DNA of 64,000 bases from Rhina ancylostomus (taxonomy: Eukaryota). A model generated the notes under the pieces. That model saw only the letters and a list, made by a program, of their open reading frames with translations. It ran no database searches and had not been told where the DNA came from. This document shows positions 25,101 to 37,100 of this stretch, piece by piece. The stretch lies in contig JARFYF010000001.1 in NCBI GenBank assembly GCA_030265395.1, forward strand, positions 98,920,984 to 98,984,983, written 5' to 3'. The position numbers and the translations under genes are program-made. The first letter of the stretch is position 1. Every line of letters starts with the position of its first letter.

Positions 25101-28100
25101 CCCTGCCTGAGGACGTGGATACATGTTATGTAAAGGATTTTCTCTTGGAAATGTTGGTCAGTATTTCAATGATGAGAATATTTATCAACATAATATTGGA
25201 ACATGATCTAAAAGCAGGAAATCGTTCACTTAAAGTTGTTTCTTTTAATCAGGTGTCCCGACATGAACGCCGAACATCTCAAATCCAGCAATTAAATGAG
25301 ATGCCCCTTTATCCCACTGAAAAAATTATCTGGGATGAAAACATTGTTCCGACAGAATATTACTCTGGTGAAGGTATGATGAATCATTAGGTTTGTGGGG
25401 AGTTTTATTTCTTATTCACTGCTAGGTTCTGTGTAGCTTGAAAACCCATGTCCTACAGGACAAATTTTACTCTGTGAACTTCACACGAGCAAGGAATTTC
25501 ATTGCACCCTGGTATACATGACAATAATCTAATTTGATCTGACCTGACCATGTGTTTTTTTGTTATGTCAGGCTGCCTTGCATTACCAAAGCTGAATTTA
25601 CAGTTCTTGACTCTTCATGACTATCTGCTGAGGAATTTCAATCTCTTCCGTCTGGAGTCTACATATGAAATTAGACAAGATGTGGAGGATGCAATCAGCA
25701 GACTTAAACCATGGTGGGTGTTAATATGCAGGATTGTACCATTCTGTATTTAAATACAATTTCCCTCAAAATCAGAATTCTTGTCAGTTGTTGGATCTGC
25801 TGTAAACTATTAAGATGTTAGAAAGTTGGTTTAAAACTTCTCATTTGAGTTCTGTAGATTGTTTTCTCTTTTAATTTAAATATGCTTGTATATCTGTCCA
25901 AGACATCAAGTTAATAATTGCAAAATAGCTAACCGTTAAGCAGAATGAACTGTTCCCTCAGTAACTGACAACACAGCTCACAGGTATTACATTACTCAAT
26001 CCACACCACAGTGGAGAAGAGAGTTCATGTTACTCTACCCATTCAGTTCTACAATGGTTGGGGAGTTACCCTGAGAAGTCTGATCCACAGTGGGTGGGAA
26101 TCACATTGCTGCATTACATTGGTGGTGGATACACTGCTCAGTCCCCTCTGTGGTAGGAGTAATTACAATTCCTATTATTCACTGTGGTAGGTGAGAAATA
26201 TGCTCCTTTCCTCAGAAGGAGTTGCAGAATCTAGAGTACTCTGCAGTGTGTGCAAGTTTTGCTGGCCAGCCTACTCCACAATGGCTGGGAGTTATACTGC
26301 ACAGTCTTTTCCATGGTCAGAGAAGCTACAGTGCTGAGTCCACTCCACAATGGAAGGGAGTTACATTGCCCAGTGTGCTCTGCAGTGGGTGGGATTGGAC
26401 TGCACAGTTTACCCCAGTCAAAACAAGACCAGATTCACTTTTGAGCATTCTTAAGCAGATGAACCTTGTATTTTCTCAGTACCCATGAGTCTTGTGTAAA
26501 ATNNNNNNNNNNNNNNNNNNNNNNATTCATTTAATTGATATTTTACTGCTACAAACATTTGACATTATTATATGATAAATGCACATTTTTTTCTTTCATA
26601 CAACTCTTGAGTATTTATGGTCAATCTAAGCTGGCAACTTCTACTAAAGTATATTATTTGTTCAGAAAAATCTTGATGCCCTTCCTTGGATTATGATGTT
26701 AAAAAATGTGTTCAAGTCTTTCACTTTTATAATTAAATTTTAAAATGTACTTTACACTGTTTAATATTTGGATCAGAATGCCTTCTTTACCTTAATTTGG
26801 TGTCCACTGATGAAAAGCAATCTGGAACAAGTCTGTTAAACTCTACAATATTTTATGAGAATATTTCACTCCAATTCCCAGACTTAATATCTGTATTTGT
26901 TTATTAATATTGCAGGCAAGGAGAGTATGGAGGAGTTGTCTTTGGTGGCTGGGCTCGAATGGCACAACCGATCGTCACTTTCTCCATTGTAGAAGTGTCA
27001 AAACCCAATATTGGTGAGAACTGGCCAGCCAGGGTCCGTGCAGATGTAACCATCAACTTAAATGTTCGATATCAAATCAAGGAGGAATGGGAAGGTAACT
27101 CAAAATGCTTAATTTATTTTGCATCAGAGAATGGAATGTTGTTTCCTGTTTTGCAGAGGATGTGTACAAGCAATGTAACTTATTTCCAGGTGTAAGATGG
27201 GATAGAAATCATGAATCATAAGGTAATTCCAGATGCTTTAGAAAAATTACTCACAGTTAAAAGAGTGAATGAATCTGGAATTGGGTTATGCTGAATGCAG
27301 CAAAGATTAATTTGCAGCATCTATTTTGATAAATTAATAATTTGCTCAAATGTTTTTGGGCCAATACATATTAATAAAACATTCTACTGTGAACGGAATA
27401 AATCTTCAGGCAGCTGCACTGTCAGTGTTTGTTTAAGAAATCAAAGAGTCAGGTAATAATGCCTTTTCATTATTTCTGGACTTATATTTTCAATTCTGCA
27501 GCCCTTCGCAAGCACGATGTCTGTTTCCTCATAACTGTTCGACCAGTCTTGGCTTATGGCACAAAATTTGACCGAAAACAGCCATTTGTAGAGCAATCCG
27601 GACTCACGTATGTGCGTGGCTGTGAAATTCAAGGCATGCTGGATGAGAAAGGACGGGTCATTGAAGAAGGTACAGTTTTGTGCTCTTGTTTGCAGAACAG
27701 CGTGGGCTATTTTTAAAAGATGATTTATGTATCTTGTACAGCATGCTTCGCATTGTTTTATTTCAGTTAACTTGGCAGTGCCCTCACCTTGGAGGCAAGA
27801 GACCTGAGTTCAAACCTCACTCTGGGACAGTAACATAGGATTTATTTTGATATTTCAATGCAGTTCTCAGGGAATACTACTGTGTTGGAGGTGCTGTCTT
27901 TCTGCTTAGATAATCTTTCAATGCATTCTGTCTGTTCAAGCAGACATAAAAGATCCCATGGCACTATCTGAAGAAAGGCCATCAATCACTTTTCCTATAC
28001 GATTGAAGGATGACCTTGTCACCTTATTCCCGGTTTGTTGAAGTTTGCTTCACAAGACTGTCAGCCATACCGACAAAATTAAGAGCAGAATTACTATACT

Positions 28101-31100
28101 GTAAAAGCACAATATTGGTTGTGAAGCACGTTAGGATGTCTGGAAGATGTGAAATTTGATGTTGAATTTGTTTTCCAGTTGAATGGACGAATATATTTTT
28201 CATGCTTCAAGTATATTTTTATATTTCTAATGTATCTTGCATTATTACTGCTTGTCACAGGTCCTGAACCTAAACCAAAGCTGAAGGGAGATTCACGAAC
28301 CTACAGAGTATGGCTGGATCCCAACCAATATCAGCAGGATATGAGTTTCTCAATTCAGAATGGGGCAGAAGATGTCTATGAAACCTTCAACATTATCATG
28401 AGAAGAAAACCTAAGGAAAATAATTTTAAGGTGAGTTGAATTAAAGTTGTTGAAATCCAGTATTCTGTATCATAGATTAAGAGCTTTAGAATGATTAGGG
28501 GACTGAGGAAATTGTATCACAATGACAGTTTCTGCTTCCAAGGTCACATGAAAGAAGATTTAAAAATTTATGCTCCTTCTAAGCAGGAAGAATATTACAG
28601 AACTATAAGAAATTTATTTGGGATTACTGATAGGGGGCAGGAGGAAGTGACTAACGTTGCCTTGCCAGCAGTATGCAAAACTGGAGGATGAATTAATAAC
28701 AAATATTGCTCAATTTCCTGCCTGAAAATGTAACATGAAAATAACTATCTTGGGGGATCTCGTGCTTGTCAAAGTGAGAGGTACAAGCATTTCTTAATGA
28801 CTTTGTCACTAACCTCTCTTTGCCCCTTTACCACAACTTAATGACTATTTTTAAGAACACCGCTCAATTTCTGAACTTGTCATGTAGAGAGCAGTTGGCA
28901 CCAGGTAAGACCTATTTCACTGCGGTGGCTTTGATGTTTCAACACTGCTAACCATGCTTCCCATCGCCCATAAAGAATTTAATCTACGCCACTCAGAGCA
29001 GGAGAGAACAAAGAGAAATTATTGTTCAAAACAAAAGGGCAGAAGAAAAATCAACAGAAGTCACAAAGCTGTTAATATTCAAAGTTTCTTCATTTCAAAA
29101 TGGAAAGCGCATCATGGTCTCCATAGTAAATTAGCATTATGGATGTCTGTTCGCAAGATATAATTTCTATTCATTGAACATAAAATCAAGAAATGATGGT
29201 CTACCTGTTCAGAATTTAAAACCTAGAACTTTAATTTTAATTTAGTTAACTACTTTAAGACTGAGGCAACTTTAATGTTCAGGATTAACAGTGAGTTTAT
29301 GTATTGTGTCCTTGTAGACCCCAACCCCAACTCTAGCCACACAACTGTCCCAGAGTCCAGACTTTGGCCTTGGCCACATTCTGTTTCACTTGCTCTGGCT
29401 GGGCATGCTACTTGCACTCTGGACCCCTTGCTCCTGTTCCTGACTAATGAGTGAGCCAGATACCAGACGATCAGGATTTCCAAATAATTGGATGCCAAAT
29501 TATCTGAATTTTACTGTATGTGTCCTTGTACCTCTGGGCAACACTTCTGCACTACCTATCTAATCGTCCACCCTCTCCTCCAATTTCAGTGCTCAAGTTT
29601 CCTTAAAGCACATCATTCCTGATATTTACAGCTTTTGGCTCTGCTCCCTTAACTTCAAGGAATGCAGATTTAAATGATGATGGTGGACAATTGCTTTAGA
29701 CATTCATTGGCAAATCTAGCTGAACCATGTAAAGTGCTTTTAGGTTCTGTTCAAATTTGCAGCATCATTGGGACTGCAAAGTTAAACCTCTGTTTTTCTC
29801 AATGTGACTTGTCTACTTCTATCACCTTGTTCCCATTCCTGCACCTCCAACTCCATTAACAACTTTGAAGAGCTCATGGATGCATTATTGCAACTCAGGA
29901 CTCTCAGCAATTGATTTTGCTGTTTTCCACCCTTTAAGCCAGCTTGGCAAAATTTGACAGGTTTATCTCTGCCCTTACCCTGAACTTGTGTCTTTCCCAT
30001 TGTACCTCTCTAAGTTCGTGCTGTCCATAAGATGTGTGACCTAATGTGGGACTGAACCAGACTGATCCTGACAGTGTTATACTTCATCTTGAGATGATCT
30101 TTAGGCCATTTATCCATGTTGCCAGTTGGACTGCCTATTTGCACCTTTGCAACATCGCCCATTTCTTCCTATGCCTCAGTTCACCTGCCTCTGTTATCCT
30201 TCATGTCATCATTACTTATGGACTTGACTTCCACTGCATTCCTGGCTGGCCTCATTCATTCTGTCCTCAGTAAACTTGAGGACATCCAGAATTATTCAGC
30301 CCATGTTCTTGCTTGTACCAAGTTCTCATAAGCTATCACCAGTCTGCTTCCTGACCCCCACTGGCACCCACCTAAGTAGTATCTCAACATTAAAATTCTT
30401 ATTCTTGTTTTCCCTCATGATATTGCATCTCCTTACAGCCCTACAACTCTCCAAAATATCTGCTCCCATCCTTGATTTTAATTACTTCACTTAATGCATG
30501 GATGTCCAACTAAGTATTGCAATGTGTGCCATCACCTGAAGTCTGTAACAATTGGTGTGGTCGTTTTGGTGGTCCAGATATTTGACAGAGTAAAGCCACA
30601 TGCAGAAAGATCGTCCACCTGAAGGATGACCCAGACCTCCATGTCAGAAAGATGTAATGAATCCTTCAGCTCACTGCTTGGTTCTCCACTAGTGTTGTAA
30701 GGAGCAACAGTTTAGAGTAACAACCAGGAATAAGGATCTAATCTCTGACTCAACAGGAAAGCCTACTGCCTTGGAGCTGGACCATATTGAGAGTTAGAAC
30801 ATAAAAAACCTACAGCACAATTCAGGCCCTTCGGCCCACAAAACAGAATATGTCCCTACCTTAGAAATTACTAGGCTTACCATAGCCCTCTATTTTTCTC
30901 AGATCCATATACCTATCCAAAAGTCTCTTAAAAGACCTTCTGCAGAGTGTGACTGTGACAACCCTGTTCACGTTTTGAACCACACACTGCTTCAAATACA
31001 GATTTGACAATGACATTATAGAGCTGTCTTCCTCCTCAAAAGCACTAGGTCATTAACTAAACTTAAATTGGATTTATCATATTGCTCCAAGTCAGCCATA

Positions 31101-34100
31101 TGAAAGATCATTTGTATATGAACATAAAAAATATAATTAGGAGGAAGCCATGCAACCCCTTGAAACTGCTCTAAAAAACATAAGTACATAAGAAGAAAGA
31201 TGCAAGAGTAGGCCACTCTGCCCCTCAAGCATGCCCTCCCATTTAATGTGGTCATGGCTGATCTGCACTAGGCTTCCTCTTCTCGGTCAATTCCCATAGT
31301 CTTTAGTACGCTGACCTTTTAATTCTGCACTTCTCAAACTTGAATATATTCAATGACTTATAATTTTTCACTTCCCTTTCTACCAGAAGTCTACATTTCT
31401 CAACATTGAAAATATTCAATGACTTGGCCTCCAAAACTCTTTGGTGTGGACAATGACAAAGATTCACAATGCTCTGAGAGGAGAAATTCCTCTCCATTTG
31501 GTGGGCTTTCTACCTGGTCAAGCTTGCAAGAACTTTGTGCATTTCATTAACTTGCCTCCTATTCTTCTAAAATCCAACAAGTATAGCGTGTAAATTGAGA
31601 TTAGTCATTGCTCACAAGAAATCCTCTTTCATCCCAGAAATCACCATCAGTGGCCATGCCCCTAGTCTCCATGGCCTTAAACTCTGTAATTACTTCCTTA
31701 AACCTCTCTACCGTCCTGTTTTCCTTTACGACACTTCCTAAAACCTACCTTTTTAACTAAGCTTTTTGTTAACTGCTCTAATGTCTCCTTGTGCTTCCAA
31801 GTATAATTTTCTTTGATATTTCTCATATGAAATGCCTCATAATGTTTTGCCATATAAAAGATAGTGTGTAAAAGTAATTGTTTTATCAAAGATCAACTTT
31901 GAAATAGCAGGCCACTGCAGCATAAGTTTCCTGTAGTCACAAATTCATTATGACACAGGAGGTCATTCAGCCTGTTGATTCTAATCTTGCTAGGTCCCTT
32001 TAACCAAATGTCAACTACTTTGTCCCTTATAGCTCTCCATGTGCCACTCACTACCTGCTTATTATTTCCATGATACTGGATGATTTTTGGGTTCCTTTTT
32101 ATGTTAACTGCCATTCTATTCTCATATTCTCTTTGCCTCTTCACTTCCCCTGTAAACTAACTGTGTGGTTTTTGCTTGAAGATTTCACCTTATCATATTC
32201 ACTATTTTATTTGTCATCCCCGCCCTTCTGTCTTGTCTAACTAACTAGACTGCATAACTTTTAAAGTTTAAAGAAAAACTGAGTGTTTATTATAGTAATA
32301 AGTGTAGATTATCCACCAATGTTGTAAGTGTAACTGCTTATTAGCAGCTCCCACTTAATTGTTCCATGTTAAATTGGTGGTTCGGACTCAACTTTCAGCA
32401 AGTGTTTCCTTTGTACTTCACTGTAGTGGCTTTCATTTGGAGTGACTTTGTAAAAATTAATTTCATTTCCAGGCAGTGCTGGAGACTATACGGAACCTAA
32501 TGAACACAGAATGTGTCGTTCCTGACTGGCTTCATGACATTATCCTTGGATATGGAGATCCAGGAAGTGCTCATTATTCTAAAATGCCAAATCAGATTGC
32601 TTCACTGGACTTTAATGATACCTTCCTCTCAGTTGATCACCTGAAAGCTAGTTTTCCTGGGTGTACTATTAAACCAACAGTGGAAAGCTCTGCTCTGCAG
32701 AAACCTCCCTTCAGGTAAAAATATAGTTTGACGTATTTTCAAATGAGCAATCTTTGTATAAGTATAAATTTCTTTCACATATGTAAATATCAATATCTCC
32801 TGAGTTTTCTGTAATTGTTAATGTTTTGTTGCATGAATTATACAGCATAAAGTCATAATGCAGAATAATTATCCAGTCAGTGAAAAATGTCACAATCTTG
32901 TCAGGAAAATTATGAGCACTTTCTCCTCTGAACTTCAGGATCACATTCTCGGAACAGTGTGGTAGAGGGATAAAACGGAAAGGAGAGAGCAATGGGGAAG
33001 AGACGGAAGAGAGCCAGACACTTGTCGTTGAACCTCACGTGATTCCAAATAGAGGACCTTACCCCTACAATCAGCCCAAGAGGTAAAGGCCATGTAATTT
33101 CCAATCTAATTCAGCTAATTTGGAATTGGTTTATTATTGTCACATGTACCAAGGTACAGTGAAAAACTTGTCTTGCATACCGTTCATACAGATCAANNNN
33201 NNNNNNNNNNNNNNNNNNNNNNNNNNNNNNNNNNNNNNNNNNNNNNNNNNNNNNNNNNNNNNNNNNNNNNNNNNNNNNNNNNNNNNNNGCAGGAGACAAT
33301 AAGGTGTAAGGTCATAATGAGGCAGATTGTGAGGTCGAGTCCATCTTATACTAGGGAACCATTCAGTAGTCTTATAACAGTGGGATAGAAGCTGTCCTTG
33401 AGCCTGGTGGTACATGCCTTCAGCTTTTATATCTTCTGCCTGATGGGAGAGGGGAGAAGAGGGCATATATGGGATGGGTGAGGATTTTGATTATACTGGC
33501 TGCTTTACTGAGGCAGTGAGAAGTGTAGACATGTCCATGGAGAGGAGGCTGGTTTCTGTGATGTGATGGGCTGTGTCCACAACTCTGCAGTTTCTTGCAG
33601 TCATAGGCAGAGCAGTTNNNNNNNNNNGGTGCATCAATAAAAATTGGTGAGGGTCAATGGGGACTTGACAAATTTCTGTAGCCTTCTGAGGGAGTAGAGG
33701 TGCTGGTGAGCTTTCTTGGCTGTGGTATTTACATGGTTGGACCAGGACAAACTATTGGTGATGTTCACTCTTAGGAACTTGAAGCTCTCAACCCTCTGGA
33801 CCTAGCACCATTGATGTAGACAGGAGCATGTGCACTGCTCCCCTTCCTGAAGTCAATGACCAGCTCTTTTATATTGCTGACATTGACAGAAAGGTTGCAG
33901 AATCTGGCCACGCAGTTATGAGTGTATGAAGAGTAGAGTTGGCGTCTGAGGATGCAGCCTTGTGGGTCACCAGTGGTGAGAATAATCGTGTGAGAGGTGT
34001 TGCTGCCTATCCTTACTGATTGTGGTTCTTTGGTCAGGAAATCAAGGATCCAGTTGCAAAGGAAGGTGTTGAGTCCCAGGTCCCGGAGTTTGGTGATGAG

Positions 34101-37100
34101 TTTGCTTGGAATTATCATTTTGAAGGTGGAGCTGTTGTCAATAAACAATTGTCTAACTTAGGTGTCTTTACTTCAGAGATGTTCCAGAGATGAGTGTAGG
34201 GCCTGGGATTTGGCATTTGCTGTAGACCTGTTTTGGCGGTAGGTGAATTGCAGTGGGTTGAGGTTTTCTGGGAGCCTGGAATTAATGCATGCCATGACCA
34301 GCCTCTTGAAGTACTTCGTGGTGGTGGATGTCAGGGCCACCAAGCGGTAGTCATTAAGGTACATTACCTTGTTTTTCTTGGGTACTGGGATGATAGTGGT
34401 CTTTTTAAAGCAGGTGGGAACCTCAGATTGAAGCAGGGAGAGGATAAAAATGTCTGTAAATATCCACACCAGCTGATCTGCACAGGATCTCAGGGCACTG
34501 CCAGGGACACCATCCGGGCCAGATGCTTTCTACGGGTTCACTCTCCAGAAGACTGATCTTACCTCCGCAACAGTAACTGTGGGTTCAGGAGCATTGGAGG
34601 CTGTCAGGTTGGGTGGTGACATTCCAATCCCCTTTTGTTCAAAACGTGCGTAGAATGCGTTAAGCTCATTGGGAAGGGATGTGCTGTTGTTGGCGATGTT
34701 GCCCGACTTAGTTTTGTAGCCTGTTATAGCATGTAAGCCCTGCCACAACTGACAGCTGGTCTGGGACTCGATTTATTTATATGGTGGCTTCATTGAGCTC
34801 TTTTTATTTCTAATCATGTATACTTACTGCAGGAGTTATTCATTAATGCTCATAATCCGTTTACATAAATAGGTACCATTTCCCTGTGCCTGCTCTTCAG
34901 TTCCATGCCTGTACCTTTGTCTTTTTTTCCCAAATACCTGTTCAGTTTGATTTAAAGTTTTGTTGCAGGTGCTGGATTCAACTCTTCTGCCTGAAACAAA
35001 GATTCCAAGTTGTACCAACTCCAAATGTGAAAATATTGTTTTGTAAATTTTCTCCTTTATTATATTGAATCTAAAATTATCATCAGTGGAAAGATGTCTC
35101 ATCATTTTATTTCAAAATGTTGCATAATTTTCAGCATCCCAATAGTTGCATCTTTTATGTCCAGTGAGAAAAATCTAAATTTTCTCAATCTGTTCAGAGT
35201 TAACATTATGGTATACTCGACTGTGCCTTTTATCACGATTCCACTAACCTTAGGATAACCGAGTACTGAAAACTTCACACACTGTTTGTGTGACCTAAAA
35301 GAATCTCTTCTCCAAATTCAACGCAATTTCCTACTTTGTATTCTTCTCTGAGGTGTTGGCATTACCGACAAAGCCAACATGTATTGCCTTTCTCCAATTG
35401 CCCTTGAGCATGTGTTGGTGAGCAGTAGCTTTAAGTCAGTGCAGTACATGTGTTGATTTTGGATAGAGAGCAGGAAATTTTTTTAAAAGAAAAATATTTT
35501 TTGCGATGAAGAAATGTCAGCTGCATATTTCTGTGCAAGGCAGATGAGGGAAACCTGTAGCCTGGCAGTGTTCATTGTAGTTCGTTGTCGTAGTTCTCGC
35601 AGACACACACTAAAGCCACAGTACACTAGTGGCATAGAGCATGGCCATTTAATGTGGTGGATGGGATTCCTGTGAAGCGTTTAGCTTTACACTGGATATT
35701 GAGGTTTCATGAGTATTTTAGCTGCTATTATCCAAGTATGTCAGGAGTGTTCTGACACACTCCTGATTTGTGCCTTGTGGAAGCACAAAGTTGGGAGATG
35801 CTCACTGCTAAATGTTTTTACCTTTGAGCAGGTTATTTTGCGGCAGGTCCAATAAACGTTTTGGTTTTTGGTTGCCCCCAATGGGGGAATGGGGAGACGG
35901 GCAGACTTGCCAGTTGGAGATGATCATTGCCTGATTTTCGTGAAATGAATGTTGCTTGCTGCTTAATAGCCAAAACCAGAAAGTTGTTTGGGGTTGATGC
36001 CTGTGGACAAGTTCTGTGATATCTGGGGAGTTGTGGTAAGAATTGAACACTGCATGCATCACTGAGTTGAAGGGAAGTTCAGATGAAAGGAAGGTCAGTG
36101 AGGAAACAATTGAAGGCTGTTGGGCCAAAGATATTTCCTTGAATTCCTGCACCATTATCTTGAAATCATGTTCTGTTCTACTTGTTATAACTGCAGTTGT
36201 GGTTATCTTTCCCTCTCAAGTTAACTGGTTTTAATTTTGCAAGGGTTCCTTAATACACCACTAAGTTGCTTGCCATTATAATATCCAGGAGCGTCATGTG
36301 CTTCACCTCTGGAATTCATCTTTTTGTCTATGTTTGGACCTAGGCTGTAATGAAATTTGGAACCAAATACTCCTGGGGGAGTCCAAACCCGTTAATGATG
36401 AGTAAGTGCTGCTTGAAAGCACTGTTGTCAATACCTTCAATCAGTACTTTGGTTGATGTTTGAGGGCGGATTGGTGTGGCAGTGATTGGGCAGTTTACAT
36501 TTGTCCTGCGTTTTTCTGTGTCACACTCAGACAACTTTGCACACTGTGGGGCAGATGCCAGTGTTGTGGCCATTCTGGAAGGACTTGGTTCAATGTGCCG
36601 CTGGTCCTGGAGCACCAGAAACTGGATCGTTGGCATTCAGCACTGCAGCCAGCACCATTTCGGGGCTTGTGGCCTTTATTTTCATCTATTTCTTCGAGTC
36701 CTAGAGTTATGCAGCACAGAAACAGGCCCTTTGGCCCACCACGTCCATATCAACCTTTTTGCCCATCTGCAATGATCGTTTTTGCTCGCACCAGGTCCAT
36801 AAACTTCATCTTACCACCTGGAATGAATCAAATTGGCTGAAGACTGACTTTAGTAAGGACTTCAGGAAGAAGCCAAGATGGATTATCCATTTAGTTCCAT
36901 CATCTGAAGGTGATTACAAACCCTTCATCTTTCTCTTATGCATTTGTGTTCTGAGCAGCATCTGCTAGAATATGGATGTTCATTGATCCACTGCCTCTGA
37001 ATTAATTAAGGCCACCATTCAACTTTAGATTTTATCCATTGATGGTGGGATCACATACCCCTGTTGATAACATGCTGCTTTTGGTATTCTATTAAGGAGC

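Noticed and set aside
25975-26415. CRISPR-like appearance of the ~35-bp periodic sequence
   Set aside because: Vertebrate intron, contiguous diverged units, no unique spacers and no cas genes.
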